From the IMG/VR virus record IMGVR_UViG_2684622617_000023: a stretch of DNA of 21,333 nt. One strand, written 5' to 3'. This DNA comes from a virus. Its lineage: Duplodnaviria > Heunggongvirae > Uroviricota > Caudoviricetes. Of this stretch, positions 1 through 8,078 are shown in pieces. Every line of letters starts with the position of its first letter. Positions within the stretch are counted from its first letter, which is position 1. The notes under the pieces were generated by a model that saw only the letters and a program-made list of their open reading frames with translations, searched no databases and was not told the DNA's origin. Both the position numbers and the translations under genes were made by a program.

Positions 1-223
1 CCTCCGCACAGGGGGATTCACCATGCAGAAGTGTTTTTAATAAACAGCAAACAAAAAAATCAAGCATTATGCAGGCTGTTTCTTTTTATCACCGGCCACA
101 GCAATACCACAATGCCGCAGACCAGCACCCCATCCGCCAGCACCGACATGATTCTGCTGGTGAAATCCACCATCACCACCAGAAACAGCAGGAGTGCAGC
201 CACAGCCAGGCGCAGTTTTACCG

Positions 224-655
224 TCACAGGTGATTCTCCAGACGAAGACCCAGAACACCGGCAATCTCTTCCAGCACCTTGCGCTCTTCCGGCTCAATTT
301 CGCCGTCTGCCTCCGCAATGGCCACCGCCACATCCAGCACATCTTCCGCTTCACGCGTATCGTGTTTCACATCCTCAATCTCACGTAACGCCGCACGACG
401 ACCAGTTTTAAAGTTCGTATCCAGCTGACCGATAATGGTTGCGCTAATCGCATTAATTTCTGACGTAAACGCGGACAGCGCAGGCTGATTACGCAGTACC
501 TGTTCGATCTTCGCTTTCTCGGATGCCTCACATTCACCATCTGCACAGGCCACCAGGTATGCGGCGTTAATCACCACCTGTGCCAGATCGCGTTTTTCAA
601 ACTTTTTAATTTCCGTTGCCGCTCTGCGGGTTTTCTTTTTGAAGATTCCAAACAT
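224..655 (-). CDS. TerB-like (tellurite-resistance TerB family) protein, 143 aa
   Basis: ORF 224..727 trimmed to the internal ATG at 655-653 (MFGIFKKK...), which has an AAGGAA Shine-Dalgarno 7 nt upstream. Acidic helical protein with ADGE...EPEE repeats typical of TerB-like domains. Family call is from visual similarity only. Confidence 0.5.
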   Translation of the reverse strand: MFGIFKKKTRRAATEIKKFEKRDLAQVVINAAYLVACADGECEASEKAKIEQVLRNQPALSAFTSEINAISATIIGQLDTNFKTGRRAALREIEDVKHDTREAEDVLDVAVAIAEADGEIEPEERKVLEEIAGVLGLRLENHL

Positions 656-785
656 CGTGACGTTCCTTTGGGTGGGTGAGCCAACGCCCGGGAGCGATCT
701 GCCCACAGAGAAAGTCACACTGACCACTCCGTAAGCTCACCCCCGAAAGGCTCTGTGGTTGGTATGCGCCGGGCGTGGCGCAGAT

Positions 786-811
786 ACAAAAAAGGCCCGC
801 CGAAGCGAGCC
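786..811 (-). terminator. Rho-independent terminator downstream of the tRNA pair
   Basis: On the - strand: GGCUCGC-UUCG-GCGGGCC (7-bp stem with one G.U pair, UUCG tetraloop) followed by UUUUUU, starting 14 nt after the tRNA-Arg 3' end. Confidence 0.6.
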
Positions 812-824
812 TGGAAAATAAGTG

Positions 825-901
825 TGGCGCGTTGTAGTGGAGTCGAACCACTGACCGATTGCTTAGAAGGCAATTGCTCTGTCCGGCTGAGCTAACAACG
901 C
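825..901 (-). tRNA. tRNA-Arg (anticodon UCU), phage-type
   Basis: Reverse complement folds as a 77-nt cloverleaf: acceptor GCGTTGT/ACAACGC, D-stem GCTC/GAGC with G18G19, anticodon stem ATTGC/GCAAT, loop CTTCTAA (anticodon TCT), T-stem AGTGG/CCACT, T-loop TTCGACT, 3' CCA encoded. Differs from host argU as I recall it, consistent with a prophage-borne rare-codon tRNA. Confidence 0.8.
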
Positions 902-1001
902 AGAATACCGATAATGGACCGCCATCGGGGACCCGGCCCCGCACCAACAACCCTGTTATGGTGTCGTCTGCTCTTCCTGATAAGCTAATGGCGGTTTGTG
1001 A

Positions 1002-1077
1002 TGGTGGCCCTTGCTGGATTTGAACCAGCGACCTGGCGATTATGAGTCGCTCGCTCTCACCACTGAGCTAAAGGGCC
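1002..1077 (-). tRNA. tRNA with CAU anticodon (Ile2/lysidine-type or Met), phage-type
   Basis: Reverse complement folds as a 76-nt cloverleaf: acceptor GGCCCTT/AAGGGCC, D-stem GCTC/GAGC, anticodon loop CTCATAA (CAT), T-stem GCTGG/CCAGC, T-loop TTCAAAT, CCA encoded. Closely resembles E. coli ileX-type tRNA from memory; Ile2 versus Met cannot be decided by eye. Confidence 0.8.
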
Positions 1078-1105
1078 GAGCCAAAAAATAATAATCAGAT
1101 GAAAA

Positions 1106-1819
1106 TCAATAATCAAGCCCTTGCCTGGATACATATCTGTCTGGCGGGAAGCCATAATAGCGGTGAAATACAGAAATAAAGTAGGACCGGCTTGAATAAC
1201 CACATTTTTCTGCTACAGCCTGTCCATATCCATACCGGGAACATAACATATTTACAGCAACACGCATCCGCTCTTCCAGCAACAAGCGACTGAACATGCC
1301 CCCTTCATTTTTCAGTTTTGTCTTTAACAAACTCTCACTCATATGCAACTGTAGAGCAATCGCACCAAGCGTCCAGCTTGCTGATATATCTGTCTGAATT
1401 ATCGCCCTGACTTTGGCACTTATGCTGGATAAACATCCACTTAAAAACAATGACATCCGTTCATCTGTTTCAAACAGAGACAGGCAGGCCATCATAAGAA
1501 ACATATCCGTGACCTCTCCGGAAAATCCCTGGCTGGTAATTAAAGCCGCAGCCAACGCAGGATTGTTGGGTTCCAGCAACAGGTAAAGCGGAATGTCAGT
1601 CAGACGAGTCCTCGTCAGCTTATGCTGACTTTCCAGATATTGACTTACGACGGATTCGCTTATATCGACAATTTTAACTTTGCCATAATGCATAAGGAAA
1701 AGCTCCCTGATGCATTTGGTGGCCAGAACGACTGAGCCTGGCTTAAGTGACAACGTATCCTTTTCAAGAAAAATATTAATTGGGGAGCAAACCATGATAA
1801 CTGAACAGACAACAGCCAT
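1106..1819 (-). CDS. AraC-family transcriptional regulator (prophage-encoded, PatE/Psr-like position)
   Basis: 237-aa ORF whose C-terminus carries the AraC-type HTH signature (...GYSSRSYFISVFHRYYGFPPDRY...). No clear Shine-Dalgarno at either candidate start (1819 or 1795), so the start is uncertain. Confidence 0.75.
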   Translation of the reverse strand: MAVVCSVIMVCSPINIFLEKDTLSLKPGSVVLATKCIRELFLMHYGKVKIVDISESVVSQYLESQHKLTRTRLTDIPLYLLLEPNNPALAAALITSQGFSGEVTDMFLMMACLSLFETDERMSLFLSGCLSSISAKVRAIIQTDISASWTLGAIALQLHMSESLLKTKLKNEGGMFSRLLLEERMRVAVNMLCSRYGYGQAVAEKCGYSSRSYFISVFHRYYGFPPDRYVSRQGLDY

Positions 1820-1954
1820 TATAATTTTACTTTCATTAGCAATTGGTTAGCTCAATTATAGCCCCAAAAGGTAAATTATCATCAACACATAAGCAAAGGA
1901 CTGACAGGTGCCGCCCCCCCCACCAGCCGCCCATTTACCACAAATAAAAAGCCT

Positions 1955-2152
1955 TCAGGACTGAATGCGTCTGTAACAACCGCACTGATAGTCTGCCAGA
2001 CCCGCCATAACCAGCTGGGTCAGTATTAACTGGCAGCGTTCGCGTGAAAGGTAAGTATTCTGCGCAATCTCCCCGACTGTCGCCGGTTCGGTAACGCTTA
2101 ATTCATTAAACACCACTCTGGCGGTTTCTGTCATATCCTGCTGTTTTAGCAT
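1955..2152 (-). CDS. Small hypothetical protein (65 aa), first ORF after the tR'-like terminator
   Basis: Track ORF 1955..2275 would start inside the terminator U-tract; the internal ATG at 2152-2150 has an AAGGGA Shine-Dalgarno about 8 nt upstream. Function unknown. Confidence 0.3.
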   Translation of the reverse strand: MLKQQDMTETARVVFNELSVTEPATVGEIAQNTYLSRERCQLILTQLVMAGLADYQCGCYRRIQS

Positions 2153-2273
2153 GTCTTTTTCCCTTTTCCGGTTAACGTGACATACCAATAACTCTTGTCG
2201 AAAAAGCCAGCAAGTTGAAAGACCGGTATTAGCAACCACCAGCGCGTTTAACGCCCCGTGCCGTTTTTCAGTC

Positions 2274-2298
2274 ATAAAAAAACCCGCAAAAAGCGGGC
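2274..2298 (-). terminator. tR'-like rho-independent terminator about 80 nt downstream of the Q-like gene
   Basis: On the - strand: GCCCGC-UUUUU-GCGGGU hairpin followed by UUUUUUU. The position matches the lambda pR'/qut/tR' layout where Q-modified polymerase reads through. Confidence 0.6.
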
Positions 2299-2376
2299 TC
2301 TTTCAAATGTCCATGTCTGCTATTCGCCTCGCGGTACAGCTTTGCGAAGCTTACCGGAATTGAAGCAGTTTTTACG

Positions 2377-2931
2377 TCAAAAAGCAATAACTTTTTTCTC
2401 TATACCAAAAGCCATAACCATTGGTTTGTACAAAATAAATTCTGCCACCTTTAGCCAATGCTCAATGCGTCTTTCACAGGTTCTTAAACTCCATTCCGGA
2501 TGTGCATCATTCAGCAGTTCAGCCATTTTGCGCTTAGTCATCCCCCGCCCCACATAACGCTGACTCAGAACATTGAGCAGCCCGGGATAACCTGCCAGTA
2601 CTTCACCAATAACCCTGTCGATTATTAACGCCTCTGAATCGGTACAATGCACCAGCCAGCTTTTTTGCTTGCCGTTGATCATATCCCGCAAAAAAGCCTC
2701 AAGTTTAGGTTTGTCCAGACCTGCTTTTTTCATCCTCCGGAGCGCCTCGTTAATTGCCGTTTTTGTCAGCTTTTTAGAGGTCAGCAACTGGTTGAACATA
2801 TTTCCCGTCTTACCGCCGCCAATATACGACCAGCGCCCCCACATACGTAGTTTCCCCTGAATCCAGACACTTTCCAGCGTGGTGAGACGAAGGTGCTCTC
2901 CGCTTTTTCCTGTGTTCGTTGGGTAAATCAT
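2377..2931 (-). CDS. Putative late-gene antiterminator (Q-like), 184 aa
   Basis: ORF 2377..3051 trimmed to ATG 2931-2929, which overlaps the upstream gene's TGA stop (ATGA coupling). It is the last early gene before a terminator and the tRNA region, as for lambdoid Q. Family assignment is by position and memory, not by detected motifs. Confidence 0.5.
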   Translation of the reverse strand: MIYPTNTGKSGEHLRLTTLESVWIQGKLRMWGRWSYIGGGKTGNMFNQLLTSKKLTKTAINEALRRMKKAGLDKPKLEAFLRDMINGKQKSWLVHCTDSEALIIDRVIGEVLAGYPGLLNVLSQRYVGRGMTKRKMAELLNDAHPEWSLRTCERRIEHWLKVAEFILYKPMVMAFGIEKKVIAF

Positions 2932-3218
2932 AAATAACCGTCCTTTCTCCAGATCTCTTGTGTGCGAAAAACACCTTCTGCATGCATCAGGCGCAATTCT
3001 TCTTTGGTGTAATCGCTGGTTTTTACTCTCCCGTCGATTAAATCGTGGCATGAGTTACAGGCAATCGCTGCCTGCATATCGTGTGGCTTTATCGCTGTTC
3101 CGCACGTTCCCGCCAGCCTGTAATGCGCCAGCACAGAGGTTTCGGGATTGTGATTGCAGTAGCCAGGGATTCTGATCTGGCATATCTGGCCTTTAGCCGC
3201 TTTACGTAAATTCACCAT
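2928..3218 (-). CDS. YbcO-like nin-region protein (DUF1364-type, Cys/His-rich, putative nuclease)
   Basis: 96 aa, ...CQIRIPGYCNHNPETSVLAHYRLAGTCGTAIKP...ACNSCHD..., resembling DLP12 YbcO as recalled. Start ATG 3218-3216 overlaps the stop of the upstream gene by 1 nt. Confidence 0.7.
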   Translation of the reverse strand: MVNLRKAAKGQICQIRIPGYCNHNPETSVLAHYRLAGTCGTAIKPHDMQAAIACNSCHDLIDGRVKTSDYTKEELRLMHAEGVFRTQEIWRKDGYL

Positions 3219-3817
3219 TACGCAAACTCCAGTAGTTGTGCGGCCACATTTTCAACTTCCTCCTGAGAGGAGAATTTACGGAACAGAATCCAGTTCCACA
3301 GCACATTCAGTACAGATTTATAAACCTGCTGAAACTCGACTTCGTCCATATTCGCAAAAGCGATGGATTTTGCCCGACGCCCACGGCTACCGTCCGGATA
3401 AATATGCTCGGTGTAAAATCCGGCCTGAATGGTTACCCACTCGCGGAAAGCCTCAAACGACTTTAGCAACGCCGTATCCCGGGTTCTACGAGTCGCAACG
3501 GTGTTAAGGTATTGCTCTGCGGCATCACTCAGGGCTGGCGTGTGTTCCCGACCAACTGATTCGCACAGGTAATCAACGAAACCAGACAGCAGTTCTCGTT
3601 CGCGAGGCGTGATCGCCCCACCGACCGGAGTCCAGTAATCGAATCCCAGTTGCAGGAGTTTGAAAAAACGCTTGTGGAATGCGTAGTTACGCACACGCTT
3701 AAAATCTGCGTGTATCCACTCACCTATTTTGATTTGATGCAGAAAATCGCAACTCTCCGGCGTCGCCGGGAGAAGTAAACCAGAAGAAGTTTGTTTGACC
3801 AGTTGTATATGCGCCAT
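3218..3817 (-). CDS. Conserved lambdoid nin-region protein (199 aa), function unknown
   Basis: Complete ORF with a GAGAG Shine-Dalgarno-like element upstream of ATG 3817; first gene of a coupled three-gene block ending in the Q-like gene. Confidence 0.65.
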   Translation of the reverse strand: MAHIQLVKQTSSGLLLPATPESCDFLHQIKIGEWIHADFKRVRNYAFHKRFFKLLQLGFDYWTPVGGAITPRERELLSGFVDYLCESVGREHTPALSDAAEQYLNTVATRRTRDTALLKSFEAFREWVTIQAGFYTEHIYPDGSRGRRAKSIAFANMDEVEFQQVYKSVLNVLWNWILFRKFSSQEEVENVAAQLLEFA

Positions 3818-3896
3818 TTCTCAATCTCTCGATGGCGCAGTGCAGCAGATGCCAGTTGTTCAAGCTAGCACGCAAATTGTAAACCAGAATGCCAGG

Positions 3897-3925
3897 AAAA
3901 AACAAAACCCGCCGAAGCTGGTTGT
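3897..3925 (-). terminator. Possible tR2-like terminator upstream of the nin block
   Basis: On the - strand: imperfect stem AACCAGC-UUCG-GCGGGUU (one A/G mismatch) followed by UUUUGUUUUUU. Shares the GCUUCGGCGGG core with the terminator at 786..811. Confidence 0.35.
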
Positions 3926-4236
3926 GTGCGGTTGCGTTGAAGTCTCCTAGCCAAAGAGTAGCGGTGACCACTCCCCGCCGATAATCTTAGTTGTTTAATT
4001 TCGTAAGCTAACTAGGCTAAAAGCTCTCTGTTGTCTGCCTGTTGTACAATTAACAAAATGAACAACGAACTAGATATACCAACGCCAGAATGGTGCAACA
4101 AATCCCAAACAACACAGCAATGCAACAATAACATATGTTATTTTCCTCTCACGGGATTCAGTCCTGAATTCTCATAAAGCTAATCTTTTTTTAAAAACAT
4201 ACTGTTAGATCACATGCACTTTCTTTCTTAACATCG

Positions 4237-4264
4237 TTGACTTCGCATGCGAAGCGTTTAAAAT
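4237..4264 (+). promoter_or_regulatory. Candidate sigma70 promoter of the GHKL operon with an embedded 14-bp perfect palindrome (possible operator)
   Basis: TTGACT (4237-4242), 16-nt spacer, TAAAAT (4259-4264), about 50 nt upstream of ATG 4317. CTTCGCATGCGAAG (4241-4254) is a perfect palindrome spanning the -35/spacer. Confidence 0.45.
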
Positions 4265-4316
4265 CAACAATTTGCACTTAAGGTATTTATTTTCCCAAAC
4301 ACATAGAGAGTAAATT

Positions 4317-5708
4317 ATGACTGAGAACACGACTCCAACAGCAGACTTTAGTCCTAGTAAAAGATTTTTTGTAAGTATGCTAACTCGAGATATCGACTTA
4401 AACGATGCCATACTTGATCTGCTTGATAACTGCGTCGATGGGGCTTTACGTACAATAAAAGACACAAAAAAAACTTCAAAACCATATGAAGGATTTTATG
4501 CGAAACTTACGATTAATAAAGATGTCTTTATTATAGAAGACAATTGCGGAGGTATCCCTAAAAGCTTCCGAGAATATGCTTTTAAAATGGGACGACCCCA
4601 TCAAAAAGAAGAAGAAAATGAAGGCACCGTTGGCGTCTATGGTATTGGTATGAAAAGAGCCATTTTTAAAATGGGTAGAGATTGCTCAATACAATCGAAT
4701 AATCCCGATGGCGCATTCACTGTAGATATAACACCTGATTGGATCGATGGTGATGGTTGGAAAATACCGATGCACGAGAGTGACTATGATAACAAAAATC
4801 CAACAGGCACAACTATAGAGATAAAAAAACTCCATTCTAATGTGGCACAAAAATTTAATGAGAGCACATATCTTACTGATCTCTTTTTACAGATAAAACA
4901 CTCATTGTCATTTATTATTCAAAAAGGATTTAAAATAGAATTAAATGGAGTTGTTGTTGAACATAATCCGATTAACATCATAACTGATCATTCTAAAATA
5001 GAACCATACATATATAAAGCTAAAATAGACGATGTTGATATCGATTTAGTTGTTGGCTTCTATAAAAATTTAGAAGATGACAATGATGATGTTTTAGAAA
5101 AAAGGAGTTCTGATGATGCTGGATGGACTGTCATTTGCAATGACCGCGTTGTTCTATATTGTGATAAGACACATCTCACAGGTTGGGGCTTTGCTAATGT
5201 ACCAAGGTTTCATACCCAATTTATAGCAATTTCTGGGGTTGTTCGCTTTACCAGTAAAAACCCAGAAAAATTACCAATAACAACAACGAAACGAGGTGTC
5301 GATCTTAGTTCTACATTGTACAATGATGTACGAAATAAAATGATTGAAGGGATGATGCATTTTATTCGATTCACCAATCAGTGGAAAGGTGAGCATCTTG
5401 AAGAAGGGAAAAAATTACTTAAGTCAGCTCAGTCACATGAAGCTCAATCTTTATTTGAAATTACCCCACAATCAACTCCAGAAGATAAAAAAAATAACTG
5501 GTCCAACCCTAATAGAAACAAAAATGAGTGGCGATATACACCTAAGCTGCCTACCCCAGTAAAAAAAAGCTCTACTGTACGAATAATCTTCACCAGAGAG
5601 AAAGAAGATGTTAAAATTTTATCTAAATATTTCTTTGGACATGAAGATGCTAGCGCTTCTGATGTGGGGATGCAATGCTTTGATACGGTGATTGAAGAGG
5701 TGAAGTGA
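4317..5708 (+). CDS. GHKL (Bergerat-fold, MutL/MORC/Hsp90-like) ATPase, 463 aa
   Basis: N-box LDLLDNCVDGA (Asn38 codon at 4428-4430), G1 box IEDNCGGIP, G2 box GTVGVYGIGMKRA, in canonical order near the N-terminus. AGAGAG Shine-Dalgarno 6 nt before the ATG. Gene looks strongly AT-rich compared with flanking phage genes. Confidence 0.8.
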   Translation: MTENTTPTADFSPSKRFFVSMLTRDIDLNDAILDLLDNCVDGALRTIKDTKKTSKPYEGFYAKLTINKDVFIIEDNCGGIPKSFREYAFKMGRPHQKEEENEGTVGVYGIGMKRAIFKMGRDCSIQSNNPDGAFTVDITPDWIDGDGWKIPMHESDYDNKNPTGTTIEIKKLHSNVAQKFNESTYLTDLFLQIKHSLSFIIQKGFKIELNGVVVEHNPINIITDHSKIEPYIYKAKIDDVDIDLVVGFYKNLEDDNDDVLEKRSSDDAGWTVICNDRVVLYCDKTHLTGWGFANVPRFHTQFIAISGVVRFTSKNPEKLPITTTKRGVDLSSTLYNDVRNKMIEGMMHFIRFTNQWKGEHLEEGKKLLKSAQSHEAQSLFEITPQSTPEDKKNNWSNPNRNKNEWRYTPKLPTPVKKSSTVRIIFTREKEDVKILSKYFFGHEDASASDVGMQCFDTVIEEVK

Positions 5709-6697
5709 TGTCTGGACAATACATTCCCTATCACTTAAGGCATAATAAGTCTATTGATAGAGAGATTTTTCTCGAAAGCCTAAACCTCTTAAGCAAAAGA
5801 CTAAATATTCAAGAATATACATATATAGGTTTTGGTGGTCCGATGCTTGAAGATTTTAGAATCATGCATAATCGTATCGCTCTTTCTGATATGATTTCTC
5901 TCGAAGAACAAGAGTCTACTCACATCAGACAAAAATATAATTTGCCTTATAATTGTATTGATTGTAAGCTAATATCAGCTCATGACTTTATTCTTGATTA
6001 TAGTTTTTCTAAACCATCAATAACATGGTTAGACTATGCCTCCCCGAAAAAAATACAAACGGATCTAGATGATATACACTTACTAAGTACTAAAGTAAGC
6101 TCTTTTGATATTTTGAAGGTCACCTTCCCCATAAATCCTAGTTCTTATTACCAACGTAGAGTTGGAGAAAGTTTAGATATTTTTAAAGAAGCTTTTATTA
6201 ATTCATTAAAATCATTGCTTGGGAAAAAGTATCTTGATTTTAATCTTCAGATATCAAATGCAGATCTTTCAGATCGTAAGATTAAAGCTCTTTTAATACG
6301 AATTATTACAAACGCTTTTAGATCAGCAATAGAACGTGGTCTTTCAGGACGTAAGGATAAGATTCAGTATTACCCATTATCCTTAAATCAATATAATGAT
6401 GGCAGTCATACCATGTTGACAATATCAGGTTTTTTCTCCTCAGAACAAGAATATATAGAGTTATCTAAGGCATGCGACCTTTCTAACTGGCAATTTTATT
6501 CAACAAATTGGGAAGACGTGCAAGAAATAGCAATACCAACACTAACAATTAAAGAAAAGATAAATTTAGATAGTAAACTGCCTGATAAAGAAGCATATCA
6601 GGCAGCCGCTGAAGAGTTCTCTTTAAACGAAAATGAACGGGATAACTATTATAAATACTATAGGTTATACCCTAACTTCCAAAGAATTATGGTTTAA
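5708..6697 (+). CDS. Uncharacterised partner protein of the GHKL ATPase, 329 aa
   Basis: ATG 5708 overlaps the upstream TGA (TGATG) with a GAGG Shine-Dalgarno about 9 nt upstream; the track's start at 5705 is a GTG one codon earlier. No catalytic motif recognisable by eye. The 3' end overlaps the convergent methyltransferase gene by 33 bp. Confidence 0.7.
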   Translation: MSGQYIPYHLRHNKSIDREIFLESLNLLSKRLNIQEYTYIGFGGPMLEDFRIMHNRIALSDMISLEEQESTHIRQKYNLPYNCIDCKLISAHDFILDYSFSKPSITWLDYASPKKIQTDLDDIHLLSTKVSSFDILKVTFPINPSSYYQRRVGESLDIFKEAFINSLKSLLGKKYLDFNLQISNADLSDRKIKALLIRIITNAFRSAIERGLSGRKDKIQYYPLSLNQYNDGSHTMLTISGFFSSEQEYIELSKACDLSNWQFYSTNWEDVQEIAIPTLTIKEKINLDSKLPDKEAYQAAAEEFSLNENERDNYYKYYRLYPNFQRIMV

Positions 6698-7816
6698 ATA
6701 TTCGGGCTGTACTCTTTTATTTAATAAATTGTACAGCCCCTTTAATATATATTCAGCAACTATTGGTGACACGCTATTTCCTATTTGTCTGAAACTATGC
6801 CATTTAGTTACATGAAAGCGAAACCAATCAGGGAAGCCTTGTAATCTAGCAGCTTCTCTTGGTGTAATCACTCTTGGATGATAAGGGTGGATCGGCCTGA
6901 CGGCTTGAAAGCTTCCTTTATCTCTAGCGGTTCCCGCCCTTAAAGTCGGGCAAAAACCATTTGGATCTAATCTTGTAGATCTTGAAATTTTATCAGTTTC
7001 CCCAAAAGATAAGGAAGCATAACGCTCTTGGACGATTTTGCTATGTAATGTTCCGGTACATCCAGATATGATATTATTTTTTAACTTAGCGATCGATTCT
7101 GTATCACCAACATTCCGAGGGATCTGCCCCCATAATTTTTCATAAAATCCCCCTTTTCGATCTTTTTTAATTGTTCGCCAACTCTCAGAGTCTGATTGCC
7201 AATTGGCATCGATAATATCTGGTAATCCATACAAAGCATCTTTTACAGTAACCGGATCAATCATTTTAGGCATAAATACTTCATCTGAAATATCAAGCTT
7301 CAATGATTTTTTTACACCGATAAAAAAATATCTAGTTCGAATAGTTGGAGCACCATAATCAGATGCTTTTACCTTGATGGGATCAAGAATATCATAATCA
7401 CCGCTAACCAAATTAAATGCTTTATTTCTAATGCCAGAATATTTCTCTTGCATAATACCTGGAACATTTTCTGCCAAAAAGAATAATGGCTGTAATTCTG
7501 ATACTAAACGGTAGAAATGCATGTAAAGCTGATTCCTGCTATCATCAGGATTCCCCTTGCCTATTGAACTAAATCCTTGGCACGGAGGACCGCCAATAAT
7601 ACCATCTATGGGCATATCGTTTTTAAAAAAACCCTTAATTATTTCTGCATTTAGTAAAGAAACATCTTCTTGGACGTGCAAACTTCTTGGAAAATTAATT
7701 GCGTGAGTATTAATAGCATGTTGATCAATTTCAACTGCCATTTTAACATCAAATCCAGCACGTGCAGCACCAAGACTTAGACCTCCAACGCCAGAAAACA
7801 AATCTATTACATTCAT
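6665..7816 (-). CDS. DNA (cytosine-5)-methyltransferase, 383 aa
   Basis: C5-MTase motifs in order: motif I FSGVGG, motif IV GPPCQGFS (catalytic Cys), motif VI ENV, motif VIII-like RTRYFFIG, C-terminal motif X GNSVSPIVAEY. AT-rich. Target specificity cannot be read from sequence. Confidence 0.85.
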   Translation of the reverse strand: MNVIDLFSGVGGLSLGAARAGFDVKMAVEIDQHAINTHAINFPRSLHVQEDVSLLNAEIIKGFFKNDMPIDGIIGGPPCQGFSSIGKGNPDDSRNQLYMHFYRLVSELQPLFFLAENVPGIMQEKYSGIRNKAFNLVSGDYDILDPIKVKASDYGAPTIRTRYFFIGVKKSLKLDISDEVFMPKMIDPVTVKDALYGLPDIIDANWQSDSESWRTIKKDRKGGFYEKLWGQIPRNVGDTESIAKLKNNIISGCTGTLHSKIVQERYASLSFGETDKISRSTRLDPNGFCPTLRAGTARDKGSFQAVRPIHPYHPRVITPREAARLQGFPDWFRFHVTKWHSFRQIGNSVSPIVAEYILKGLYNLLNKRVQPEYLNHNSLEVRV

Positions 7817-7848
7817 ATAGTTGCAACGTCTCTTATTAGTTTCTATGT

Positions 7849-7857
7849 ATTATAACA
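7849..7857 (-). promoter_or_regulatory. Extended -10 promoter element (TGnTATAAT) upstream of the methyltransferase gene
   Basis: - strand reads TGTTATAAT with the -10 hexamer at 7854..7849, about 33 nt upstream of ATG 7816; no convincing -35. Confidence 0.35.
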
Positions 7858-8078
7858 CAACTGTTCTTGATGTTTTAACCCCATAAGATAACCTCATAAA
7901 GGCTATCCCTTGAAAATACCGGATCGCATAAATTTAATCTTTCAAAACTACTTGTCTATTAATCGAGCAATTTAAGGTTGTTTTAGTCATGTCGATACCG
8001 ACATAGTTAACTAAACCCATTTCATCGTCCAACAAATGGGGGTAATACACTTTGATTTATAGTCGGGTGGGTTTTTCT

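Noticed and set aside
60-173. 37-aa hydrophobic - strand ORF (MVDFTSRIMSVLADGVLVCGIVVLLWPVIKRNSLHNA) downstream of the TerB-like gene
   Set aside because: No Shine-Dalgarno at either candidate start; could be a real small membrane protein but the evidence is too thin to call.
31-411. 126-aa + strand ORF, and the overlapping 95-aa - strand ORF 67..354
   Set aside because: Both overlap the better-supported TerB-like gene in other frames; low-complexity Pro/His/Ala-rich translations; no ribosome-binding site.
2153-2275. N-terminal extension of the small ORF (track start at 2275)
   Set aside because: The extension would start inside the U-tract of the tR'-like terminator and lacks a ribosome-binding site; the shorter start at 2152 was used.
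3720-3971. 83-aa - strand ORF overlapping the start of the nin-region gene
   Set aside because: Overlaps the 3218..3817 CDS out of frame and spans a terminator-like element; no ribosome-binding site.
4058-4177. 39-aa + strand ORF in the AT-rich cassette leader
   Set aside because: No Shine-Dalgarno; Asn/Gln-rich translation typical of chance ORFs in AT-rich DNA.
4205-4465. 86-aa - strand ORF antisense to the GHKL ATPase start
   Set aside because: Lies across the predicted promoter and 5' end of a well-supported gene; no ribosome-binding site.
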